Part shown: in pieces, positions 38,586 through 51,699 of the stretch | Numbering within the stretch: the stretch's first letter is position 1 | Layout of the letters: every line of letters begins with the position of its first letter | Assembly (NCBI RefSeq): GCF_006345805.1 | Contig: NC_042998.1 | Coordinates: 9,114,001-9,178,000 of the forward strand | From: Octopus sinensis | Lineage: Eukaryota | Reading direction: 5' to 3' | Length of the DNA stretch: 64,000 nucleotides | The notes under the pieces: generated by a model | The model's database searches: none | Told to the model about the DNA's origin: nothing | What the model saw: only the letters and a program-made list of their open reading frames with translations | Program-made: the position numbers and the translations under genes

Positions 38586-39369
38586 CTAGCAGTATCGCCC
38601 GGCATTGCTCAGGTTTGTTTTGACCCATTAGAATTGGAATTTTTGAAAAGTAAAAATTTTGCATTATGTAGCTTGTTATTCTCTTTAAGTGAACATTTTT
38701 CTGATTGAAATACACCAAAAAATGGTGACACAGCAGTAAATAAATCGTAAAAAATAGGGATTTTCATAGAAAAAAAGCACCATTTTGATGTAAATAATTT
38801 TTGGTGTTAACATGGTTTGATTTGAAATTTTTCTTCTGCGGAAGGAAGAGCAAGCCTTCTTCTATCATACTCTCAATTTTGGTCAACTTGCGCCGCAGGG
38901 TCTCAGAGGAGATAGTGTTAGTTGAAGGCTACCAAACCTGCCATACACAGACAACTTCAGCTTTATATATATATATACTGGCAGTATTGCCCGGCATTGC
39001 TCAGGTTTGTTTCGACCCATTAGAATTGGAATTTTTGAAAAGTAAAAATTTTGCATTATGTAACTTGTTATTCTCTTTAAGTGAACATTTTTCTGGTTGA
39101 AATACACCGAAAAATGGCAACACAGCAGTAAAATAATCGTAAAAAATAGGGATTTTCATAGAAAAAAAGCACCTTTTTGATGTAAATAATTTTTGGTCTT
39201 AACATGGTCTGATTTGAATTTTTTCTTTTACGGAAGGAAGAGCAAGCCTTCTTCTATCATACTCTCAATTTTGGTCAACTTGCACCGCAAGGTCTCGGAG
39301 GAGATAGTGTTAGTTGAAGGTTACCAAACCTGCCACACACAGACAACTTCAGCTTTATATAGAGAGAGA
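38586..39369 (-). mobile_element. Head-to-tail dimer of a non-autonomous Helitron (family H2)
   Basis: Two about 392-bp units (38586-38977, 38978-39369); 5' TCTCTCTCTATATAAAGCTGAAGTTG, 3' CCTGAGCAATGCCGGGCGATACTGCTAG; ends shared with family H1. Confidence 0.8.
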
Positions 39370-40009
39370 TTAGAGACATAGCTAGATCTACAGGAGAGAG
39401 TGAACTCAAAGTTCAAAGTAATAAACCGCTCATCAGTTTGATAGTGTTGCCACTGCCAACAGCAATGAGTTGTTCTTACTTTTTTCCTTTATTTGCTGAG
39501 CCTGGAGGAAGAAGCAGCACTTGTGACATCAGAGGCACTCTGGAACTTATCATCGGTTTGATGTCCATCTTTCCATGTATACATGGGTCAGATGGAGTTG
39601 ATTGAGGCAGGTTTTTGACAGCCAGATGTCCTGTTTGTTGCTAACCCTCACCTATTTCCAAGTGTTTTCAAGCATAGTGATATTTCCCTTTGGCCAGAAA
39701 TGTTTTCATAGAATACTAGAAATGACTAACACTGCTTCTATGACAGCTACACTCACAAACACACATACACGTGTGTGTATGTGTGTACGCGCGCGTGTGT
39801 GTGTGTGTGTGTGTGTGTGTTGCTTTGAATTTGTGTGAATTTTTAGTATACCTTTTTGACCAATCAACATGCATCTTAAACATGCATTCTAAGAGGTACT
39901 AAAATTGTCAAGAACTCAACTGTCAATTATACACATTTGAAATTTGATGATTACACTATGTATGAAAGTGCTAATTTAACTTTATGAGCATTACAAAATA
40001 TGTTTTTAA

Positions 40010-40255
40010 TGTTAAAATATCATAGCGTGGAAGGTGTTTGAACACAGATGCAGCGCGGATTTTGTCAGTGAACAGGTCGCGGTCTTAAAGCGACGAAAAT
40101 ATTTTGACAAATTAAACTTAAATGTTGAAGTGAATCGAATGGCTTTTGTGTGTTTCTTAAATGGCTTACAAACACCTTCCACGTTGCAATTGTTTTCATT
40201 CCAGCACACGATCTCAGATCAGGTCACTTGCTATGCAAGTACATCTCCATAAAAT
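40010..40255 (+). mobile_element. PLE-like non-coding insert containing a hammerhead
   Basis: CpG-rich island in AT-rich context; 15-bp inverted repeat CGTGGAAGGTGTTTG (40026-40040 / 40169-40183) brackets the ribozyme. Confidence 0.55.
40061..40111 (+). ncRNA. Type-I hammerhead ribozyme motif, G3:C8 variant
   Basis: TTTGTCA-GTGAACA-G-GTCGC-ggtcttaaa-GCGAC-GAA-AATATT-T-TGACAAA: perfect 7-bp stem I, 5-bp stem II, palindromic stem III. Confidence 0.75.
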
Positions 40256-40760
40256 ATCATAAAAAATGTGAAAACCAGAACAGGTTTTAACTTTATTCAA
40301 CTGATACATATATATATGTGTGTTCATACACATATACACACACACACATGTATACACACACATGCATGGTGGGCTTCTTTCAGTTTCCATCTACTACAAC
40401 TGCTCACAAAGCTTTGGTTAGCCCAAGACTATAGTAGAAGACATTTACTCAAGGTATCACACAATGGAACTGAACCCAGAACCACGTGGTTGGGAGGCAA
40501 ACATCTTACCACACAGCCACATCCACAGGACGGAAGAGATTAATGCCTTTAATGACTTTCTTAAAGAGTTGCAAGTCAACATCTGCAGGAAAGACAGAGA
40601 GGTGGAGGAGTACCAGAAAGCCAACATTCCGAAAAATATGATGGAACAGTGCTTAGTGTGAGACCTGGAAAGGTTGGTTGGACACAATAAGTACAATGTT
40701 GAAAGGAAAAACCAAATGAGTCAGAAATACCTAAATGAAAGTGGTAGAAGATCCAGAAGT

Positions 40761-41160
40761 ACAGGAGTGGCTGTGTGGTAAGTAGCTTGCTAACCAACCA
40801 CATGGTTCCGGGTTCAATCCCACTGCATGGCATCTTGGGCAAGTGTCTTCTGCTATAGCCCCGGGCCGACCAATGCCTTGTGAGTGGATTTGGTAGACGG
40901 AAACTGAAAGAAGCCTGTCGTATATACGTATATATATATGTGTGCGTGTATGTTTGTGTGTCTGTGTTTGTCCCCCTAGCATTGCTTGACAACCGATGCT
41001 GGTGTGTTTACGTCCCCGTCACTTAGCAGTTCGGCAAAAGGGACCGATAGAATAAGTACTGGGCTTACAAAGAATAAGTCCCGGGGTCGATTTGCTCGAC
41101 TAAAAAGGTGGTGCTCCAGCATGGCCACAGTCAAATGACTGAAACAAGTAAAAGAGAGAA
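40761..41160 (+). mobile_element. SINE family A
   Basis: Match to family A. Confidence 0.9.
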
Positions 41161-41333
41161 AGAGAAAGCTTTTATAGTAGAGGTAGAAAAGGCAGAGAGA
41201 GGAGACAGTTTGGCAAGATGCCTGTGGGAGGGAATTGGAGTTATGCCTGCGAGTGACTTTATGCCAATCAGCAAGGTGGACTTTCTCTGGTTGTGGTTTA
41301 TGATGTTGGTGTAAAGCAGCAACAGCAGCAGCA

Positions 41334-41745
41334 GTGGAGGCACAATGGCCCAGTGGTTAGGGCAGCGGACTCGCTGTCGGAGGATTGTGGTTTCGATTCC
41401 CAGACCGGGCGTTGTGTGTGTTTATTGGGCGAAAACACCTAAAGCCCCACGAGGCTCCGGCAGGGGGTGGTGGCGACCCCTGTTGTACTCTTTCGCCCCA
41501 ATATTCTCTCACTCTTTCTTCCTGTTTCTTGTCCCCCAACATCCTACACAACCGCTGAGCCTGGATGCACATTCATCCATCCGTCGATGCTCTCGGTGTC
41601 GAGGGTTGACCTGCTTTCTCTTCTGTGGGTCTTACGAATAGCAAAGGACCACATTTCGGACTTCCCCCACTACAAACAATCCTGAGGCGCGATCTTGCGA
41701 GCTCTGGGACGAAGACCGCTTCACTCAACAAACAAACATAAACAA
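41334..41745 (+). mobile_element. SINE family C head with an alternative 3' half
   Basis: First about 195 bp match the 9257-9643 SINE; then an unrelated about 200-bp GC-rich segment ending in (AAAC)n. Confidence 0.7.
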
Positions 41746-44700
41746 AGCAACAACAGCAGCAGCAGCCGTTCAAGAATTTGGACCTGGAGATCTCCATTTC
41801 CAGTGACTTCGAGGGTCACCTCCCAGTGGTGTTGGGCATCAACGAAGAACCCTTGACTACAACAAGACGACCAAAGTTTTTTTTTTTTTTCCTTTTCCAA
41901 GGTCTGGGGTCTCCCACCTGTAAGCCCTAGACCATCACCTAATCACCCTTACTCGTTTTGTTGCTTAACAACAACAACAGCAGCACTATCCCTGATGTGG
42001 GAGTAATGTGGTACCTATTTATAGATATGTGTACTGAGCTATTTGAGAGATAAGTAGTGTTGGTCATAACCACAACACAGTGCCAACTACTAACCCGTCA
42101 AGTTGTTGTTTGTTCCTTCTTGATCCATGCCTGGTTCATAAGGGCCGGTTTCCCGGTTTCCTTGGCATATAGGTTTCCCACCTGGATGGGACGCCAGTCC
42201 CTCGCAGTTGAGCTGCAAGATGCAGGAGGAAAGAGTGAGAGAAAGTTGTGGCAAAAGAGTCAGCAGAAGTTCGCCATTACCTTCTGCCGGAGCCACGTGG
42301 AGCTTAGGTGTTTCTCTCATAAACACACACATCACCGGTCTGAGATTCGAACCCGCGATCCCTCAACCACAAGTCTGTTGCTCTAACCACTAGGCCATGT
42401 GCCTCCAACACGTCAAGTAATAGTTTGCTAATTGTCTATCAACTTGGATATCCATCTCAGGTAACTCAGATAATAGACGAACATAACTGAAACATCAAAG
42501 TGGAAGAAATAGATTCTTGAAATTTACTTTTCCTGGATCAATGAAATAAGTTCCATTAATATTCAGGTGTTAGAATAAGGTCGTCCTGAGTTGTTGGGAA
42601 TATTAGACAAGATGTTGTACACAGCATGAACAAATGAAACCAATATTTTCAAACTGCTGCCATGAAATGCCGATTCCTTAGAGATATTTCTTAGAATGTG
42701 TTTATCTTTTATCTTTTTACTTGTTTCAGTCACTGAACTGTGGCCATGCTGGAGCACTGCCTTGAAGGATTTTAGTCAAACAAATCAACCCCAGTACCTA
42801 TTTTTTTTTTTTTTAGTCTGCTACTTATTCTATTGGTCTCTTTTGCCAAACTACTAAGTTATGGGAATGTAGACAAACCAACACTGGCTGTCAAGTGGGG
42901 ACAAACACAGGCACAAATACACACACGCACAGATACATACATGCATATATATGCACACACGCACACACACATAATAACAAGCTTCCATCAACCAATTTTC
43001 ACTCATAAGGCATTGGGGGGTCCTGGGGCTTTCACTTAGAATTCACCAGGTTTCTCCTATTTTCATTTATCACAAACTGTAAACAAATATATTGCAGTCT
43101 AGTCATGATGGTCACTGGGTTGTCAGCCTTGCTGTATGGTTCTCAGTCAGCCTCAGTCATTCTAACTAATGACCATAGGAGGTCAGTTGAATGATGAGAT
43201 GTGAATCATGGCTCCTGTAGACAGCATGACAATGGAATAGAGCCCTGGCTATTTGCAGCTGGGAACATCTTGCATCTATCTATCTATCAGAGTGACCAAG
43301 TTCCTCTTAAATTGCAACTTACCGTCAGAAAACAAAAAGGAAGAACTATTTTGAACAGTATAGTCCTTGATGGAGAGTATGAGATGGGGCTGTCATGATA
43401 AGAATGCTTTTGGTCATAGGTCTGTTTGATCAGGGCTGACCTGGGGCTAAACAAGAATAACCAAATGAACGCAAGCCATTTAGGGAGCTTCAACACAGTT
43501 GTTCAACCTGGGAAGCCAAGAGGCTGCACCAGGCTCCAGTCTGATCTGACAGTGTTTCTACAGCTGGATGCCCTTCCTAACACCAACCATTCAGTGTAGT
43601 AGGTGCTTTTTATGTGCCACCGGCACAGGGGCCAGAGGACTTGGCAAACGGCCACGATCGGTTGGTGCTTTTTACATGCATAATATGTTATTTAATTATT
43701 ACATATCACGATACCAATCAGACTATCAGATGTTGTTATACATTGCTGGTCACACTGCACTTTAAATTGTTTTAGCTGTTGAATGATGCTCCCACTGCTG
43801 GCTAGGCAAACAAGCCAACATTTCCCCTGGTCAGAAGACTAGTTCATCACTAGGTTACCCATTTACAGCTGAGTGGACTGGGGCAATGTGAAATGAAGTG
43901 TTTTGCTCAAGAACACGATGTGTAACCAGTCTGAGTGTAACACCCTTAAACACCAGGCCATGCACCTTTATATATAATACATATATAATCTTTTCAACTC
44001 TAGGCATAAGGCCCGAAATTTTTGGGGAAGGGGGCCCAGTCAATTAGATCAACCCAGTATGCAACTAGTACTTAATTTATTGACCCCAAAAGGATGAAAG
44101 TCAAAGTTGACCTCGGCAGAATTTGAACTCAGAATATAAAGACAGACGAAATACTACTAAGCATTTTTGCCTGGTGTGCTAACGTTTCTGCTAGTTCACT
44201 GCCTTATAATACATATATGATACACATATAATATATATATATAATGCAAAAATGCCTTGCAGAGTGCAATGGTCAAAAGAATAGAAATAAAATAAACAAA
44301 TTTATTGTTTCTATGTGGTATTGTACCAAATGATCCACAGCCCAGTACTGGTCTGCAGCCTGGCCGTTGGGAGCCCCCAATATAGTACCATGTACTGTTT
44401 GTCAGCCTGAAGCTGTAGTAGAAGACACCTGCTCAGAGATTAGAGTAGGATGGTGCTCAAAAATAATGTGGTTAGCAAGCAAACTCTTAGCTGCATAGCC
44501 ATCCCTGTACCTATGTTATTTTCAATAGCAATGCAGGTAAGCAGTGTTAATTTGTCACAATTTACACACTGTTACATCAATATATGGATAGAGGCTTTGT
44601 ATCTCATGGAAGAAGGCAACAGTACTATAGTTGTTGTTGTTGTTGTTGCTGTTTAGCAAGATGTTTTATCAAGATGATATACCATCAAAGGCATTCCTGT

Positions 44701-45216
44701 CATGATAATCATGCCTTTTTTTTACTTCGTTATTGTGCATCTAGTCCCATATTATAGAATGTGGTCCTTCCATTTTAAAGGTGGTATGATTTGGTGTGAT
44801 TTGAGGGACATTTAGCTGTTATTTCTAGCAGATCAAATGACTGCTTTGAGACTTTCTCATTGGGTCATGCAGTGAGCAGGTGATGACCAGAGCTTCTGCA
44901 GCAGCTAGTATTGATGATGGTGGTGGTGGTGGTGGTGGTGGTGGTGGTGGTGGTGGTAGTGGTGTTGATGATGGTATTGGCAGTGACAGTTATAATGATT
45001 AAGAAGAGGATGGGAGCAATGATGATAATGATGAACGTAAATGTGCGTAAACGTAGGCACTGGATATCGTAACAATATAAGTCATTTCTACACTTTCCTT
45101 TTAATAGATTTCCTGTTATGTGGATGTTTACTGCTGTCTGTGCCTTTGAAGTTTGCTCAGAAATGGAATTTTCCAGAATTTGCAACATTTTCTATTCTTC
45201 TCTCCTCTCACTCTCA

Positions 45217-45540
<324 letters not shown>

Positions 45541-47006
45541 TATAGGAAATCAGCTGCCAAATCAAGCTAAGAAGTTGCTAGCAAGCTTATTGGTTTCTTT
45601 AAAATGATATTACCTTATATCTGTTTTATTTGCATCACTAAGTAGTTAGAAAGAACGTAGAAAAAATTGATAGAATTCAGTTTAGTTTTGTACCGGTATA
45701 AAGGTAAGTTCTGTCATAGAAACAATGTTTCTTGTAGAGTGTATGCAAGAGCAACACCTGTTATGAACCAAGCGTTATTGATCTTAAATAATATTTATTC
45801 ATTGTAAAATATGGATTTATTTCCCCATGGTGAATTTTCCTATATCCACAGATGAAATTTCTTTAAATAATGATACAAAAGCAGAATATCCTGTAGTCAC
45901 AGATATGACTGTATGGTTAAGAAGTTTGCTTTGCAACTACATGGTTTGGGCTTCAATCCCATGGTGCACTACCATGTTTAAATATGTCTTCTGTCATAGA
46001 CTTAGGTTAAACAAAGCCCTGGGAATTAAATTTGGTCAACAGAAACTTTTTTTTTTTTTTGAGGTGCAAAAAATTTAATCCAATTCCTGGTTGAACACTG
46101 CCACTTGGCCCATTGGTATCTTTAGCAGAATGCCTTTCTTTGCCCACATTTGAATCAGGTTTCTAGTTTGAGGATAATTTCGTTTTTTTCCTTCCATCAT
46201 TATAGGAGATCCTGTAATGAGATCATGAGTGCTCTCTTCCTTCTGATGATTTCAATTAGAGAAAAAAAGTTAGCAAGGAAGAAATTCCACTGAGAGAAGC
46301 AGCTCCTGCAGACAGCATGACATTGGAATAGAGCCCTGGCTATTTGCAGCTGGTAACATCTTGAATCTGTGGATCAGAGTAACGAGGTTTCTCTTAAATT
46401 GCATCTTACCATCCGAAAAAATAACTATTTTGAACAGTATAATTCCTGATGAATCGTATGAGAGGGGGGCTGCCATGACAAGAATGCTTTTGGTCATAGG
46501 TCTGGTTGATCAGGGTTGACCTAGGGCTAAACAAGAATACCCAAATGAACACAAGCCATTTAGGGAGCTTCAACATGGTCATTGAACTTGTTAGAAATAG
46601 CAATCAGATTTCCTTCAAATAACACCTTGCTGTCTTTAAAAAAAGGGAATGACTGAAGATAATGTAATCATGGATAATAATATGACTGAAAATAATCAAG
46701 AGTAGATGGTCAAACCATCCAACCCATGATAGCAGGGAAAACGGACGGTAAACGATGATGATGATGATGATGATGATGCACTTTATTGTGATTTGTTATG
46801 TGCCTGATCTGCTTGACTGTGGGAAAATAGTCTTCCATGAAACCAGTCTACAGTATGAAAAAGGTTGGAGACCATTGCACTATAGCATGGCCCCAAAACT
46901 GCTGTCATATAGTAGCTTTGATCACTCTGCAGAGATAGAGATCTTGTTAGCTAATGGAAGATAAAAGAGAACTCTAGAATTTCCACACTTCCACTCTCTC
47001 ACAGTA

Positions 47007-47038
<32 letters not shown>

Positions 47039-48442
47039 CACCTCTCTCTCTGCCTTTTATTTTCTTCTGTAGAAAAAATTTATGCAAGCCGAAATTGTAA
47101 TTTTTTTTAAGTATTTGGCCCAGAGTCAAAACATCTAACTCATCAAAGCTTGTGCTTTTGTGCAGGAGTTTTTTTGGCCTACATTGGTAGGTAGACCCAG
47201 GGAGCTTTGGTGTTGTGAAGGAAGAAGCCAAAACACCTACAGAGCTGCTTCACTGCTTTATGAGACATCAATTCCTGCATTCAGAGGAGTACAGCACTAC
47301 CCTCAGCACACATGTGTGTTACCCTAAAAAGGAATTACTCCCAGATGAGGGTTTGAGAGCTAAATAGAAGACATGTCAAGGAAAATGCAAACATAAAATA
47401 ACAACAGTATATCTTGTATTTTATCATTTACCTGTTTCAGTCGTAGGACAATGATCATGCTGGGGCACCACCTTGAAGGGTTTAGTCAAAGAAATCAACC
47501 CCAATAGTTATTAGGTCAGGGACTTATATTGTCAGTCTCTTTTGGTGAACTCCCAAGTTATAAATAATAAATGTGCCCTTTTAAAGCCTAGCCAGGCTCA
47601 TGGGCCCGGTATCCCAGTTTCTATGGCGTATGTGTTCCCCAGCTGGACGGGACGCCAGTCCATCACAGCGTTACTCATTTTTGTCAGCTGAGTGGACTGG
47701 AGCAACGTGAAATGAAGTGTTTTGCTCAAGAACCCAACGCGTCGCCCAGTCCAAGAATCAAAACCACAATCTTACGATCATGGTGCTGACATCCTAACCA
47801 CTAAGCCATGCGCCTCCATGAGCTGCCAAGTTACAGGGATGTAAACAAAGAAACACCAGTTGTCAAGTGGTGGTGGGCACAAACACAAAGACACATGCAC
47901 AAAGATATACACCAGCCTCCTTCAGCCTCTATTTCCCAAACACACTCACAAGGTTTCGGTCAGCCCAGGTTTATAAGGCATCACAGGATGGGACTGAACT
48001 CAAGACCTCAAGACCATATGGCTGGGAAGAAAGCTTCTTAACCACACAGCCACTGATTAATGCAGTATTATTAAAATAATCTTTGGTTTAACATTTACTT
48101 CTCAAAGGTGACATAAGCTGAATAGGTTCAAGATTTCAACAAGTCCCGTTCTCACATCTCATCCTTAGTTTGTAAGAGCTAATCTAATTCCAACCCCCTT
48201 TCCCCTGCTCTCCTTCTTAATAGACATAGACGGGCTTATGGCATAGTGGTTAAGTGCACGGGCTACTAACCCCAAGATTTCGAGTTCAATTCCAGGCAGT
48301 GACCTTAATAATAACAACAACAACAGTCGCAGCAGCGGTGGCGGCAGAGGAGGAGGAGGTGGCGGCAGAGGAGGAGGAGGTGGCGGCGGCGATGAAGACA
48401 AAATACCTTAGGAATGAGAACCCAGGTTCAAAATTTCCCCAA

Positions 48443-48488
48443 GACACCTGATGACGACTGGAGGGTATATCAGCCGAAATGTTGTGTT
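48443..48488 (+). ncRNA. Partly decayed minimal hammerhead motif in a PLE-like fragment (about 48400-48545)
   Basis: GACAC-CTGATGA-C-GACTG-gagggtatat-CAGCC-GAA-ATGT-T-GTGTT; single changes would restore stem II (GGCTG/CAGCC) and the ACGT palindrome. Confidence 0.55.
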
Positions 48489-48699
48489 AACAACAAACAA
48501 GATGATGACAAATATCCATCGAATGTGAATAATGTAAATAACGTATAGGATTGGCTGTGTGATAAGAAGTTTACTTCTCAACCACATGATCTTGAGTTCA
48601 AGCCCACTGCAAGACACCTTGGGCAAATATCTTCTACTCTAACTCCAGGCCAACTAAAGCTTCCTGAGTGAATTATGTAGAAAAAAACTGAAAGAAGCC

Positions 48700-49512
48700 C
48701 ATCATCATCATCATCATCATCGTTTAGCGTCCGTTTTCCATGCTAGCATGGGTTGGACGGTTCTACTGGGGTCTGTGAAGCCAGAAGGCTTCATCAGGCC
48801 CAGTCAAATCTGGCAGTGTTTCTACGGCTGGATGCCCTTCCTAACGCCAACCACTCCGTGAGTGTAGTGGGTGCTTTTTACGTGCCACCCGCACAGGTGC
48901 CAGACAGAGCTGGCAAACGGCCACGAACGGATGGTGCTTTTTATGTGCCACCAGCACGAGGGCCAGGCGAGGCTGGCAACGGACACGAAACAGGGCGGTG
49001 CTGGCAACGGTCGCGAAACGGAAGGTTCTCTTACATGCCACCGGCACTGGTAACACATCTGAAATTTCCATTGATCGATTTCGATTCTGATCCTCACTTG
49101 CCTCAACAGGTCTTCACAAGTAGAGTTTCGACATGCCACCGGCACTGGTAACACATCTGCAATTTCCATTGATCGATTTCCATTGATCGATTTCGATTCT
49201 GATCCTCACTTGCCTCAACGGGTCTTCACAAGTAGAGTTTCGACATGCCACTGGCACTGGTAACACATCTGAAATTTCCATTGATCGATTTCGATTCTGA
49301 TCCTCACTTGCCTCAACGGGTCTTCACAAGTAGAGTTTCGACATGCCACCGGCACTGGTAACACATCTGCAATTTCCATTGATCGATTTCCATTGATCGA
49401 TTTCGATTCTGATCCTCACTTGCCTCAACGGGTCTTCACAAGTAGAGTTTCGACATGCCACTGGCACTGGTAACACATCTGCAATTTCCATTGATCGATT
49501 TCGATTCTGATC
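48700..49512 (-). mobile_element. RTE 3' end with 98/112-bp tandem array (49034-49512)
   Basis: (CAT)n-CGTTTAGCGTCC tail; array unit is the reverse complement of RTE 3' UTR 37505-37630. Confidence 0.9.
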
Positions 49513-49861
49513 ATGTATATATATATCATTATCTATTTCTTTACTACCCACAAGGGGCCACACACAGAGGGGACAAACAAGGACAGACATCATTATCATC
49601 ATTTAACATCCATCTTGCATGCTTGCATGGGTTGGACAGTTTGACAAGAGCTGGCAAGACAAAGGACTGCATCAAGCTCCACAGTCTGTTTTGGCATGGT
49701 TTTTATGGCTGGATGTCTTTCCTGATGCCAACCACTTTACAGAATAGATTGGGAGCTCTTTATATAGTGCCAGCACCAGCAATGTGTGTGTGTGCATGTG
49801 CATGCATGTGTGTGTGTGTGTGTGTCTTTGTCCCCTGTCACCACTTGACGACTGATGTTGA

Positions 49862-50090
49862 TTTACTCTTTTACTCATTTAATTGTTTCAGTCATTTGAC
49901 TGTGGCCATGCTAGAGCACCGCCTTAAGTTGAGCAAATCGATCCCAGGACTTATTCTTTGTAAGCCTAGTACTTATTCTATTGGTCTCTTTTGCAGAACC
50001 GCTACGTTACGGGGACGTAAACACACACACCAGCATCGGTTGTCAAGCGATGTTGGGGGGACAAACACAGGCACACAAACATATACACAC

Positions 50091-50170
<80 letters not shown>

Positions 50171-50499
50171 TAGTTAATCCAAACATGAAAACACAAAGAG
50201 AAAACACAACAATGCGAGGATGTGGAACAAGTATAGTGTTATTGGACACTCGGGAAAGGAAAGAAAGAAGGTGGATTTAATGTTTTGAGCAGAGCTCTTC
50301 ATCAGAAACATAGAACAAGGAAAGGTCCAAGGAAGGGAAGACAGAGAAAGAAAATTGCCAACAATACACACGCGATCACATATTGAAATGATCAGAAGGG
50401 AATGGGTGAAGAAAAAGTTCTTTCTAAGACAGGAGAGTGCGAGAGAAGGAGGTATGTGTGTGTGTATGTGTGGGTATGTGCGTGCATGCAGGTCTGTGT

Positions 50500-50534
<35 letters not shown>

Positions 50535-50667
50535 CATATACATATATATGACGGGCTTCTTTCAGTTTCCATCTACCAAATGCACTCCCAAGGCTTTGTT
50601 CAGCCCAAGGCTATAGAAGAAGACACTTGCCCAAGGTGTCACGCAGTGGGACTGAACCTGGAACCAT
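49862..50667 (-). mobile_element. SINE family A split by a PLE-like insert (about 50168-50450) in its internal (TA)n
   Basis: Tail half 49862-50100, head-side half 50530-50667; insert homologous to 20912-21118. Confidence 0.75.
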
Positions 50668-51699
50668 GTCTCTTTATGCTCCATAAATATTGAATAACAG
50701 ATGTCTGTTATATACATTCTTCTTTCCATACTGCATGTCTGCTATATCCATGCTATCATTTCTCAATCACATCAATCATCTTCAAGCTCTTTTTTCCTAA
50801 GTCCATCACTCCTGATTTATTTATTGTATATTTAGTGGCCTTCATTAAAGTAGCATCTCTTCAGTCGCTGCCTTTCCTATCATGTTGTTGACATTTAATA
50901 TCAGAGTGCTAATGTCCATACAACATAGATATAGTTAAGTAAAAAATATAGTAATACTCTATGTGTATGTATGTGTGAGGGGTATGTGTGTATGTATGTG
51001 TATAACATACATACATAAGTTGTGTGTGAGTGAACATGTATATATAAGGTAGCAGTCTCTTCAGGCAGGCATAAAATTAATAAATCACATCAAAAATAGA
51101 CACATTAAGAGAATTCTCATTTGCCTATTTAAAACAGAGAACATTCCTAACTTCCAGAGACTAACAGTTATTAATAACATACTGAAAACCGAATAGTAAT
51201 TATTGGTAGTATATTTTCCGTTTTTTTTATTTATTATCATAACAAGAGAGCTTCAATGTATTGTTCTGGGATTGGTATTCTATTCCCAAATACTTATATT
51301 AATTAACTGTAATCGAAAATATCAAGGCAATTCACAAACATTTCTCCCAGAGCAAACACTGATTAAGAGAAAAACACTCAAGTAGCACACGATTGTGTCA
51401 TTCTAGTCAAGAGTTTATTTGTTTATTTACATATGAATTACTGTTTGGAATATTTCTTGTTTAATTAAGTAATTATTATTATTAATCACTCAGACTAAAG
51501 ATTCGGGGTGGGGGGGATGAAGCAAGAATATGACAAATTAGATGTTAAAAATAAGTTCCTAACTTGGGAATTACTCACTAAAATAGTTAACTAAAACCAG
51601 AGACCATGTTCTAATTTGTTAGCAATTAAAATGGTATTATTTGCAGAAAACAAAAATTATATTTATTACATTGGGCCTCACAGAGACAATGTGGCTGAT

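Noticed and set aside
42420-42700. Possible Penelope RT remnant (NNSGRP..ELIS..FDV)
   Set aside because: Motif spacing is much shorter than in real PLE RTs and there are stops; likely chance.
46974-47231. 85-aa minus-strand ORF (KSTSFDELDVLTLGQ)
   Set aside because: No convincing splice sites or family resemblance; ends in a (GA)n repeat.
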